Assembly: GCA_951406725.2 (NCBI GenBank) | Contig: OX597816.1 | Location: 154,008,001 to 154,072,000, forward strand | From: Octopus vulgaris | Lineage: Eukaryota | DNA length: 64,000 bases | Reading direction: 5' to 3' | In this document: positions 11,396 through 23,550 of the stretch, piece by piece | Layout: each line of letters begins with the position of its first letter | Numbering within the stretch: the first letter of the stretch is position 1 | Program-made: the position numbers and the translations under genes | The notes under the pieces: generated by a model | What the model was told of the DNA's origin: nothing | The model's database searches: none | What the model saw: the letters and a program-made list of their open reading frames with translations, nothing else

Positions 11396-14031
11396 GTTTC
11401 TTAAAACTTTCATTTCAGCTATTTATTTGAAATACTTTTAATCACTTTCTCCATCATCATCATCATCGTCATCGTGTGTGTGTGTGTGTCTCCTCCTCTC
11501 TCTTTCTCTCCACCCCTCCATGCCCTGTCTCCATCCATGCCATTCATTTGCAAAAAGTTCATAATTTAAGTGTAATTCTTTTAACATAGGTGAATGGCAG
11601 TGGTGGTGGAAGAGAGAGGGTACTACAAACACTTTAAGCATAGAAGAATCAGAATATTTCAAGAATTTTGTTCACAGGGTAGTATCAATAACCTGGGGTA
11701 CCTATCCACCACTACCACCCCACCATCACTACTACTACTATTACTGGCTTACTGCTGAAAACTATGAGGGGTAAACTCCCGGAATGCAGTCTGCTACTAG
11801 GGTTCTATTTGATTCCTGTCTGTAGGCATTTCTCTTCACTTCTCAGACTTTCTAGAAAAAGTATAAACATCCCAATATCTCATTTCTGTTTCTCTTCTAA
11901 AGCACCGTGGCCTATACGGCTAAGTGTTCAAATCTGTTTAAAGACATAGTAAATTATAGTAAATAAATAAAGCCTGAAGAAGACTACTATAGATATTATC
12001 AACATTATCAACAAACTGTCATCACTGCCAAACATAGATGAAAGAGCAAGTTTTAAGAGTTATTGTTTATCTTACTTAGACCTGGCTGAGCAGATCTATG
12101 AGCAAAGACATTCCAACCATGACCCTCTCATCTATGTATCAGTAACTAAAATGTCCGGTGTCTTTTTTTGATTTTAGACTATTGAATATGATTTGAGAAA
12201 GTTTTAGCTGCCATTTCTAGCACGATAAACAACCACTTAAAGGCCTCCCTCATTGAAGAAATTGTCCAGAGTGGCTAGTAGATTCTTGTCTAATTAATAG
12301 ATTTCAAAGCGAAAGTGTTTAAGCAGTAACTTGTCTGTGGCTACAAGAATCCATTCACAAGAACAATCTAGGGCTTTGTTTTTTATGGTATAGGAATTTT
12401 TTTTATCTCACTGCATTCCTACATATTCAGCTACATGTGTTGGGCAGGATGGGGGAAGACAGACAGACATAAATTGATTGATTTAGAGATGGATTTCTGT
12501 GTTGATTTGTTTTGTTTACTTTATATTATGATGTTGTTTTTACAGTTTCATTATCTGTTTGTTGTTTTTTTAAGCTACAGAATTATAAAAACACAACTTA
12601 CCATCGTTAAGAAATCTTAGAGTTTTCCAAAACTTATTTGACCTGTTTGAATTTGTGGTATAATCCCATTGATAATGTCCTGCTATTTGGAGTTGAGGAA
12701 CTGACTTGTGTTGTTGTTGTTGTTTCAACAGTCAGAATTTGGTAACTAATTACTGCTGGTGTTTTACCTTCCTCTCAACCTTCTCTTTCTCTCCTCTCAC
12801 TCATTCTATTTCATTTCACTCCTCTCTCTTTCTATCTTTGTATCTTTTGTCGTTCCCCTTCTTAATCTCTTCACTATTTCATATCACTTCTCATTTTATC
12901 TCTCTCTCTTTATCTAACATTCTATCTATCTACTCTATCCTCTTCAAAAGGTGATTGTGGACTTCCATTAATGAAGGCTAAAAAGGCCAACCATCCAACT
13001 CATTTCTAAGGCAGAAAGTTTTTACCAGTTACAATATAGCTTCCTTTGCACCCTGAGAGAAAGAGAGTAAAAAGCCATTTATTTATATGTTTATCTCTCC
13101 CCCTCCTCCTCACTTGTATCCTATCTCTCTCCTCCCACTACACCAGCACTTCTGCCCCTGTGCTACCATTTCTGTCTTCTGCTATTTTATTGTAGCTTCT
13201 TCCTATCTACTTCTTCAACTTTTAGCTTGTTTGACTTCTTTCTCTTCATCTTCTTCTAATTTCTACTGTCTTTCTCTTCTTCCTCTAGCCTTTCTTTTTT
13301 TTTCTCTTTTGACTTTTCTTTTATCTCAATGTTCTTTTTTCTTTTTGCATTTATTTCTCTTGCTCTAAATTTCTTCTACAGGTTTTCTTTTCTCCTTTCT
13401 TTCTCCTTTACTTGCAGTTTCTTTTCCTCTTCTAATTTCTTCTTTAAGTTTCTTTCAGCCTCTGTCTTCTTTTTCTCTTTTCACTCTTCTGAAACCACCC
13501 TAGCTATGCTGCTTCCTGCAAACAACTGCTGATTATAATGGTATTTCATTTCAACCACTGACGCCACTACTTTCTTTTCTTTCTTCTCTCTTTATTTTTT
13601 TTTTTTTTTTTTCTCTGTGGGAACAAGAGCATGGGACTGGTGTTAAAATTGAAGTAGCCAAAATCTATCACCATCATCATTCCATTACCTAACCCTCCTC
13701 CACTACACTGCTATTACCCCACCCCCTCCATTGCCTCTAACAATATCAGTAGCAACACTAAGGCACAACTATCCTTTCCTCCCTTACCCACCTCCTAATA
13801 GTCAGGGAAACAGTTCTTGCTTCCTTATATGGGACATCATCTTTAGGGCAGCCCTGGCACTAACTGCTCTACTATCAAAACTATTTCTATCATCGTCATC
13901 ATCACTGTCATAACTAATTACTGCCATCACCATCAGTGATTCCATTATTATTGTAACTAGCAACTTGCTAACAACTTCTCTGTCAACACCATTACTTTAC
14001 CCACCACTACCATGTATAGATAAGTGAGTGA

Positions 14032-14086
14032 ATGAGAGAGAGAGAGAGAGAGAGAGAGAGTGTGTGTGTGTGTGTGTGTGTGTGTG
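14032..14086. repeat. Compound (AG)n(TG)n microsatellite
   Basis: Direct reading. Confidence 0.95.
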
Positions 14087-14806
14087 ATTGTTACATTGTT
14101 ACTAGATTGAAGGTGAGTGAGAAGATCAAAAACAAATGAACAAGGGAGGTGGTTGGAGCCAGTGAATGAAGAGAGAGAGTTATAGAAAGAGATAATTTGG
14201 GAGAGAATGTGTGTGTGTGGAAGAGGATGAAATTTGGGGGTTATGAGGTCAGGAGGAAACCAGGAAGTTACACATTGGTGCTGTTGTGAATTCCAGCAGT
14301 TTATAATGCCAAGGTAAAGAAGGTTGTGATAGTGGCAGTGGTGGTACTTGTGTTAGTCTCTCATTCTTTTATATTTCCTTTATTAACACAATTGTAAATG
14401 TACAGCAAAATTGAGGTTGCAGTTGTGATTTACCTGTAGGGTGGGGCTACTTGAACACATTACTGCCTTGCTCCAGTATACACACACACACACACACACA
14501 ATAAGTAGGACTTCTATTTTGTTATTCAGTCTGATCAGTTTAGCATGTTTGCATACAGCTGTACATGTATAGTGAAAATGCCTTGTTGCCAAGGAAGGTT
14601 TTTAAACTTGGTTGGTGCAGGAGGAGTTCAACATGGAAAGAACTGATGAAGCTCACCAACAATTGCACACACAACCAGAGTCCAGATCCAGTGGCAAAGT
14701 AAGCCAATGGAGAATCTGGTCTGAGACTGAGTGACTTCACCAAACTGTCAAGAAGAGCACTGCAAGCTAACCAACCACTTATGAACCAATAAGGGACTCT
14801 CTGCAT

Positions 14807-15174
14807 CAGTAGTTCTCAACCAGGGCCCATATAAGAGTTTGGAGGCTCCACACAAGCAAAATTAATAAATTGGGGACCTACAGTAGTATGTTATGGGTCC
14901 ATGAAAAAAACTTTGCTTTAGATGTATTTATTGCAAGAAACAGCTACATTTCTTTCTCTAATGTTTTACAAATTAAACATGTTTCCAGCCATTGAAACAT
15001 GTTCTCTCATTGAGTTCTATTGCAAACCTATACAAGTTAATGGGTGAAAAATAAAATGGGAATTTTGAAAGAAGTAAACCAGTTTTTAAACAGTGAATGA
15101 CTATGGGGTTCCACCAGAATAAAATGGGAATCAAAGGGGTCCATAGGTGAAAAAACAATGGTTGAGAACCACCA
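14807..15174. mobile_element. hAT (Charlie-type) MITE
   Basis: TIRs CAGTAGTTCTCAACC / GGTTGAGAACCAC; TSD not recognisable; related fragment at about 63390-63460. Confidence 0.7.
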
Positions 15175-16324
15175 CGCTACCTGGTTGAGCAAGGAAGGAC
15201 ATTGGATAAAATAGTGAAGTCTGCTCAATGGGGCTGTTGTGGAGTGAGCTTAACAACTATTCACTTGTAACTTGTGAATAAGTTTGACAGTTGAAATAAC
15301 CATGACATTTGAACTGATCTAACACTGAGAACTGTCAGTGGCTTGGAGTTTACATATATTATATCATTCACACACTACCATGTGTGAATAATATTCTTAA
15401 GGTCAACATTTACTCACTCACAACCACTACTAGGCTTTATCACTAACTCAGTTTTTAACCAAATTAGATGAGGTTTACATTTTTAGATTGGTCACATCAT
15501 AAGTTACATTTCCATCTACAAAATTTGAAAATTGCTTGCGTAGAAAAAAGTTTCAGTAAAATATATGAGGTCAAAAACAGGAGAGTAACGCCTGAAATCA
15601 ACTTTGAGTCCTTTTTTTTTTTTCAAAAAAAATCTATGCCTTACGATGGGGTGCATTGGGTATTTTTGCATTTTTAAAAGTTTTATATTAGCCATGGCCT
15701 TACTATTCAAATGATCAGATTCTCTTCTTATTATATAGTTGATATATTCTAATATCTCTTCTTACTATATATAGATATAGCTCATTTATTTCTTGATTTT
15801 ATGATAAATTTAGTATTACATTAATATAGAAAATTATTTTTCACAATTATAATTACATTTCTCATTATCCTAAAAAATTATTAATTTTAAAGGAAATAAA
15901 TATGCAGGCAGGTTTCATTTAATTCAAATTTTTTTAACAAAAGAATATTTAATAGTTTTATTACATTGCCTGGAAAATGAGTAGCTTACAATGAAAGATG
16001 CTGGAGCATGCATGTTAATGTTCTTAAGTTATTATACTTGGAAAAGTACAGAACAAGATTTCTACAGTAGAATTTGCCTAATTCGTCACATTTAAAGGAA
16101 ACTAAAAAGTACTTAAAATTAAAATTCTACTGTACTTTAAATATTGCAGTCGAGAATAACATTTTAAAATTTATTAATGTACATTATATTAGATAAATTT
16201 GAGATAATTTATTTTATTTATTATGAGAATCTAAAAAACGAGTAAATCTTTAAAAACATGGTACAAAAATAATCAAAAATAAATTTAAATAAAAAAATTT
16301 TTTTTAATCATGTTTTTTGAAATA

Positions 16325-17566
16325 CCGTAAAAACCCATTAATTTACATGCTTTTTGGGGGCAAAAATAAAAATGAATTTTAGGGGTTGCATAAATTACAT
16401 GAGTAGATCTTTTCCAGAATTTTGTTTTGAATTTTTTTTTTTTTTGTTGTTGTTGCAAAAAGATGTACAAAACGTAAACATTTGTACCAGAAGTTGAATC
16501 ATTTAATGTCAGAAAAGGTTTTTACAGAAAAAAATAATGGCTTAAATATAATGAAATTGACTTTTATTTAAGCTGAACAGTATAATGCTTACTTTTTCTG
16601 TATAAATTTACTATAACCATTAAATGGTTAACTACTTTTTTAAGTATGACATTCATGCTGGTAATCACGGTCCAGGCCATATTTTACATTGCTTGGAGTT
16701 TCTACCTATCGCAATGGAGCACCATTGACATACATAGTGATATGGATATTCCTGACTGAAAAAAATGTAATGATATGGATAATTTTGATCGTATGTTTTT
16801 ATTTTTGTCTGTTTATAACTCGGTACAGTTTTAAGTTTGTCTTACCATATACCCTAATTTCAAACATTGGCTTCATTAACATTAAAATGCCTTCCAGCAG
16901 CTTTATTGCCATGTTCAAATGTATATTCAACATAATTAATTTCTCCACAGCAAACAATTCATAAGTTCAGCCCATACTGACAATAATGGTAATGACAAAG
17001 TTTTAAGTTTGCTTGACATCTTATAATTGTGAAAGGGATTTGAATTTCGATATTCTGTTTACATAATCAGTTTGATCAGTCACCTTCCTCTGTCGGTTGA
17101 ATAAAGTGTCATCCAAGCTGATGTTTATTGGTAATTAAACTTAATTTGCAACACCTGTGCATATTTATCAGCTTTGTTTTTGTTGGTAATTCTTATCAAC
17201 AACTTTTCCTGTGATTGGGATTTGAGAAGACATACAGCAGTATGCTAAAGATCGGACATAATCTCATGTGGGCAAGAAATGTAAATAAAGTTTATTGTAA
17301 ACAACATAAACACTTTGTAATTAAATAGCTTTCAATGTGATACCTGTTAAACAAATTATTTTTATTTAATAAAATTTAATTATAAGTAAGTGAAATTATG
17401 CTAAATACAACTAAATTGAAAATCTTTTTTCCCTGGCTATATCGGCAATTCTGAAAACTTTTGGGTGCAAATTTTACATGAGTAGAAGCTTTTTTTTAAC
17501 AAATTTTATCCTGAAAAATCACCTGCGTAAATTAGACAGGTGTGCAGATTACATGAATTTTTACAG
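16325..17566 (-). mobile_element. pogo/Tc2-like DNA transposon deletion derivative
   Basis: TA|CCGTAAAAACCCAT... and ...ATGAATTTTTACAG|TA ends; minus-strand EHGNKAAGRHFNVNEANV (Brinker-type DBD) at about 16860-16915. Confidence 0.7.
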
Positions 17567-17832
17567 TATACAATTAAAATAGTCATTTTGTTTAGTTCTA
17601 TCAAGTACAAACAATAAAATATGAAATTGTAAATAATATTACACAAGATGTTTTTTTCTCACTTGAATTGAAATCTCATTACAAAAACAAAAAAAAATCA
17701 TTGATTGCAGTAGAATGGTCATTAAATGTTTTCACATCAACTATATGCTCAGTCAATTCTTCCATGTTAAAAAAGAAAAAAAATTAATCCGACAAATAAA
17801 TCATATGTAAAATTTATTAGTTAGCATTAATA

Positions 17833-17918
17833 AAGTAGAATTAGCCTAATTCATTACTTCACCTAATTCATCACTTTCAATTTTCTCTTAGGGATGACTA
17901 ATTAGGCGAATTCTATTG
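17833..17918. mobile_element. Small TcMar-type MITE
   Basis: agtagaattagcctaatt ... aattaggcgaattctattg inverted ends; same family as 16065-16132. Confidence 0.6.
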
Positions 17919-17960
17919 TTTTTTTTTTAATTAATTTTATTTTATTTCATTTTTAAAATA

Positions 17961-18117
17961 CTGCTTTTTCCAAAAATAAGCCCATGAGCAAAAATACAGA
18001 CTTAAATCATTTTTTTTCTGTAAATAATAAAAATTACTAGGGCTATACATGAAAAGGTTTTCTGAATATAAGCCCATATGCTTAAAATCGGATGGACTTA
18101 TTTTTGGAAAAACCCAG
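17961..18117. mobile_element. Tc2-like MITE
   Basis: TA|CTGCTTTTTCCAAAAATAAGCCCAT ... ATGGACTTATTTTTGGAAAAACCCAG|TA. Confidence 0.75.
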
Positions 18118-20545
18118 TAATGTTTTTATAATTTTTGTTTTAATAAAATATACTAAATTTTAAAAATGTTATTCTCAGGTGCAGTATTTTAAGTACTTTC
18201 TAGTTTCCTCTAGAGGTGACAAATTAGGCAAATTCTGCTGTAGAAATCTTGTTCTGTACTTTTCCAGGTATAATAACTTAAGAATATTAACATGCATGCT
18301 CCTACATTTTTTGTTGTAATACATAAATATGTGTGTGTGTGTGTACACATACATCATCATTATTTTAATGTCTATTTTTCATGCTTGCATGGGTCAGACA
18401 GAGGTAGATATTTTATGACTAGATGACCTTCCAACCCTCATCTCTTTCCAAACATGGTAATATTTCCCCATGGCTGGACATGTTTTCACAGAAGATTAGA
18501 TTTCAGTTCCCATCTACCACTTGGCTTGGAACTAAAATAAAAAGGTGTCCAAAGTGCCATGCAGTGGGACTGAACCCAAAACCACCTAGTTGGGAAGCAA
18601 ACTTCTTACTCACACAACCAGTGTGTGTGTGTGTCATAGTTCAGATGGAATTTGTTGAGGCAGATTTTTCTACAGCTGAGTGCCCTTCCTGTTGCCAACT
18701 TTTACCTGTTTCCAAGTAAAGTAATATTTCCCCATGGTCTGATATTTTCACAGAATACTGGAATGAAGGACACCTCTTGCGTGATGGTGATACTCAGTTA
18801 CAAATGGAGATAGTAACATATAAAGCCTATATATCCTATATACCTATATCTATATGATGGGCTTTTTTTAGTTTCCCATCTAATAAATCCTCTCACAAGG
18901 TTTTGGCTAGCCCAGGGCTGCAGTAAAAGATACTTGCCCATAGTGCTACTCAGTGGGACTGAACCCAGGTATATAAGGCTGGGTAGCAAACTTCTTACCA
19001 CACTGCCACACCTGCACCTATGTGTGTGTAGATATATCAATTTATGTTTTCCATATAACCTCTCTTTCTCTCTCTCTCACACACACACACATACACACAC
19101 ATTAACATGTGCATATATGTGCAGTCATACACATACATACACATATTTGTGTATGTGCACACATTACCACTCTTAGTATATTAATCTTTAGCAATCTGTC
19201 TGGTTCAGTGGATGCTCTCTTTGGTTGGCTGCACATTCCTGGTGAAGGAGCAGTGTCTAGTCCATTCAGTCTTTGCTCTAATTAATTACACAAAACTATT
19301 AGTACCACACTAATTACATTCAATTCACTATATATCTGGGTCACTTCCTAACCAAATGTAGCTGTAGTATGTTTCTGCCTTGTTATAACCTTCAGTGTCC
19401 AAACCAGAAATAGATGTTCTAACAACAAGCAGTGATGTGGTCACCAATGGTAGTGAGGATGATAATGCCTTCATTTTTTTTTTCATCTTAGATCCTCTTT
19501 TGTTTAAAAAGACAAAACTCTCCATTAAAATCCACTAAAAATTCAATGAGGGTTTTTTTTTTGTTTTTGTTTTTGTTTTTCTCATTTATTTCTATTGATG
19601 AAATCTAGAGCTTGTTTCCAGTGTTTCACACATTCACATCTGTAATGCAAGAGTGTAACTTTATAGCCTTTGAAACTTTATATTCTGATATATGGTTGTA
19701 ATTACCAAATGTAATGGAGAGCTTCTGCAAAAGTTTCAAACCCAGAAAAATAATTGAAAGACCAATTATCTAAAGATTAACATAGCAGAGATGAAAATTC
19801 TAACTTGTAACTGAAAGTCATCATCATCATCATCATCGTTTTTTTTTTCATCTACTTTTTCTCTGCTTGCATGGGTCAGATGGAGTTTATTGAAGCACGT
19901 TGTCTATGGTCAGATGCCCTTCCTGTCACCAGCACTCACCTGTTCCCCATGACCAGACATGTTTTCACAGAATATTGGAAATGAAAAATTGCTTTTATGA
20001 CTGTGACATTCAGTTACAACTCTTATGCAATGTCAAGACAAGGTGACACAAATTTACACACACACGTGCATATATAATGGACTTCTTTTAGTTTCTACCT
20101 ACCAAATCCACTCTCAAGGCTTTGGTTTGCCTGGAGCTATAGTAGAAGACCAAGGCGCCTTGCAGTGGAAACTGAACCCAAAACAACCATGTGGTTGGAA
20201 AGCAAATTTCTTGACTGCACAGCCACACCTATATATATATGGGTGGATGGATGCATGCATGCATAGTGATGTATTCTTGATACAAGTAATAGATACAGTA
20301 GGGTCTCTGAAGAAAGTACAGACTTGGATGTGATAGATTCACAAGAATTGTTAGTACTAAAAGAAAACCATGGAATGGATTTCAAGATTTCTTTATATAG
20401 TTTGTATTTAACCCTTTTTATACCAACCTACCTAAGACCACCCCCTAGTTTTATAATACAAATTAACTGTTTTAAAGTGATCCAAGTTAAAACCTTCCCT
20501 AAAAATTCCTCATTCATTTGTTCCAGATACCAGCTTAATAACAAT

Positions 20546-20844
20546 CAGGGCTGTGGAGTCAAAACAAAAATCTTCAACTCCGACTCTGACTCCTGTACTA
20601 TTGGCATCTCTTGACTCCAACTCCTCTTTATGTAATTTAGTGATTGTGGACTACATATCTCATAAAGCATATGCATACACTTGTACTTTGAGAAGGCCTA
20701 TATGTTGTAACTGGTTTATATCAAAGAATAAAGACATTGTGAGTCAGAATCAGAGTTGATATAGTTTTACTGACTCCGCTCCAGCTACCCCTTAATTGTT
20801 TCCGACTCCAACTCCACAACTCCGACTCCAACTCCACAGCTCTG
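20546..20844. mobile_element. hAT MITE with perfect 8-bp TSD
   Basis: TIRs CAGGGCTGTGGAGT / ACTCCACAGCTCTG; ATAACAAT at 20538-20545 and 20845-20852; subterminal (C)GACTC repeats. Confidence 0.92.
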
Positions 20845-21949
20845 ATAACAATAAAGTTATTTCAATAAATCCTTTATTATTTCCAAAGTTAGTTGAAACA
20901 TCAGCAGTGTAGTCCAACAGAAATATAGTAACATTAGTTCTGGAAGTGAAAGCATTGTCAATAGAGTAAGAAAGGAGTAGAAATTAAGGAGCTATTGGCC
21001 TTTGTTTCAGATATACATTCACTTACTGAAACTGATATACATACACAAATCTGATTTATTGAATTTGTCTGCACTAATTAAATCAGCATCCTCTGGGACA
21101 TCATTATATTAACAGCAGTAGCAATCTACAAGATAAAGACTGAAAGCAAGAGTGCGTGTTTGCTGCACTTGGTCCATTGATCCTTTACAGTGATGGAAAT
21201 CAAATTATGCATCTACTCTAAACTCTAATTTCTGTGGAACATTTAGTCATACGGTCTACTATTTCTACCAACACCATCTTCTCTTTTTACTTCTATTTAT
21301 CCAGTTTGAATGAATCAGAGGCACCCCTCTCCTTTTTTGTTTTTAACTACTAAACTATGAACCACACATGAAACCAATTTTTGGAAGCCAGATAAACTGG
21401 AGCAGAGTTATTTGTATTGTTTAGGGGTAAAACACAGCTATAACTGATAAATTTTAAACTTGCCCACATGTGATTAGTATTCCAGTCTCTTATCATCCCC
21501 ACTTTTTGATCCACTTTTCCATGCATTCAAGGATTAGACCTCTAGCACAGCATGGGAAGTAATTTGACATTGTTCATGACTCACTAGTTAATATTAAACA
21601 AGCCCAATAACATAATTATTTAGTTAACATAATTATTTACTTTTCATATCATAGAATCCTTGTACTTTGCTTATCAGCATGGTGACTTCTTCCTATCAAC
21701 TCATGTAACTTGAGCTGAATACAGTCTATTGTCACAGACATAATATGGTCGTGGTCTCAAAGCGATGAAAATATTTTGACAAATTAAATTTAAATGTTGA
21801 AGTGAATCTAACGGATTTTGTCTGTTTCTTAAATGGCTTATGAACACCTTCCACGCTGCAATATTAAAATAACTGCACAGCAAACTTAGTGGACAGACAC
21901 CAGTCACCATTTGCAACAGCTGGTGAACAGAAAATGTAAACAATCAGCC

Positions 21950-23248
21950 AGGTCCCAGGGTCTGTTCTGTTTACACTACCACACTAGAGTGCTTTTTCAT
22001 GCAGCACTCCACCAGCCAAGGGTTTTCAGGACAAGTGTAGTTTACGGTAACTAATCTACCTGTTACAGCAGATTAGCAGTATGTACCAGTACCTTCTGTG
22101 ACTGGCCTGTTTGTGTCAGTCAGACCAATCACAATAAACCTTACAGTTACCGGTTACTTTTAAACACATATAGACAGGGTTTCTTGAAAAGGCTCAAGTT
22201 ATTACTCTTTCATTAGCTACAGTATTCTCACTGGGTGAACATTAATTTCCAGGTACTGCAAAACCCGCTCATGGCTCCAAGTGATAAACAGTGGAAATAT
22301 GAAGCTGGTTTTAAGCTGAAAGTGGTAGCATATGCCAAGTCCGACAACAACTGTGCTGCTGCAAGAGAATATAGTGTAATCAAGATGTAAGAGTTTCGAA
22401 ATTAAAGGAAGACTTATTAAGGAGTACACCCAGGACAAAATGTGCAATGAGAGGAGGCACTGCACACTGGCTGATTCTAGAGAAGCATGTAGCAGACATG
22501 GTCCATGAGCAGCGTCAAATGGATACGTTGTTTCAAGACTAATAGTCTCGTGAAGCAAGATAAAATTTACAAATTAAAGAAAATACTTGCACTGTACTTT
22601 ATAACATTTCTAATATATTACAACATAATATTATACATACATTGGCGTTAGGAAGGGCATCCAGCCGTAGAAACACTGCCAGATTTGACTGGGCCTGATG
22701 AAGCCTTCCGGCTTCACAGACCCCAGTAGAACCGTCCAACCCATGCTAGCATGGAAAACGGACGCTAAACGATGATGATGATGATGATGATGACTGTAAG
22801 TAAATCTGTATATCCATTTCAAGTAAATGGTGTTATTATGGTATACTTGACACCATGTTAGTTCCTGTAAAATAACTAATGCCTAAGTGACGTTACTACG
22901 GTAGTGTTTACACCAGCCAGGTATGTTTGATGTGTATTATAGTAATTCACAATATTTGGCCATTTTTTGAAAAGAACTGAATAAATTTTAAACAACAAAG
23001 ACTGCAGAATTGTTGCATACAAAGTTTGCTGGTTGAAATGTACTTAAAAGAAAAGCAGAGGCTGTGGGGAAGCTACAGCTCATTGAACCCCTTTAACTAT
23101 GAAGCTTGTGCCTTTGGCGTTTGAGCTATTTTCCACAAAAATTTGGGATAGTCTTATACAACAAGTATAGCTCAAAATCTACTTTTTAAATGGAAATCCT
23201 GGTGGGTCACCTTGTACGCTCAGTCATATTATACACCTACATGTACAG
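21950..23248 (+). mobile_element. pogo/Tc2-like transposon remnant (Brinker DBD + CENP-B-type HTH)
   Basis: About 22298-22550 reads YEAGFKLKVVAYAKSDNNCAAAREYSV ... AHWLILEKHVADMVHEQRQ; right end ...tatacacctacatgtacag|TA; left boundary uncertain. Confidence 0.65.
22641..22793 (+). mobile_element. Short, well-preserved RTE/SINE 3' end with (GAT)n tail
   Basis: ttggcgttaggaagggcatccagccgtag...ccatgctagcatggaaaacggacgctaaac(gat)n; CpGs retained. Confidence 0.85.
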
Positions 23249-23457
23249 TATATGAAATAAAATTATATATCACATTCTTATTTAACTTTGTTTTATCTCA
23301 TTGAACCACAATCAATAATTGTCTATATAGTGACTTCTTCCTGTCAATTTATATATCATTCCAGTTTAGTACAAAGTTTGTCCTTGCAGAGACACATCTG
23401 TGTGTACTATTTCATGCGATGACTAATATTTTACTTTGTCTTATTTTCTGCTTTTAG

Positions 23458-23550
23458 CCTTTAGTGAAGTTCAAGAGTCACTTGTATTATGAAGAAAAAG
23501 ATTATGTTTCTGAAGCTGAGAAAAACCTACAAATTAGCCCTGGAAGCAAG
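23458..23550 (+). CDS. ASH2L: ASH2L (Set1/COMPASS subunit) internal exon, SPRY region
   Basis: ttttag|CCT...AAG|gtaata; 93 nt, phase 0; PLVKFKSHLYYEEKDYVSEAEKNLQISPGSK, matching the ASH2L motif (A/P)LIKFKSYLYFEEKD. Confidence 0.95.

Larger units (their letters stand above)
16003..18302. mobile_element. About 2.3-kb unit bounded by long inverted repeats (about 150-170 bp) and containing nested TcMar elements
   Basis: 16003-16172 is the reverse complement of 18155-18302 (ggagcatgcatgttaat... / ...attaacatgcatgctcc). Confidence 0.8.

Noticed and set aside
11750-12700. Strong minus-strand donor ATG|GTAAGT near 12600 and acceptor-like site near 11935
   Set aside because: The joined frame stops after a few codons and has no homology I recognise
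13087-13620. Pyrimidine-rich ORFs and K/E/R-rich minus reading
   Set aside because: Low complexity with multiple stops; no recognisable domain
22690-22720. CTGATGA followed by an AGCC/GGCT stem
   Set aside because: No GAAA after the stem, and other copies of the tail lack CTGATGA; not a hammerhead
21679-23355. About 25-bp direct repeat (gtgacttcttcct.tcaa) around the Tc2-like element
   Set aside because: Diverged and offset from the element end; does not fit a TA TSD
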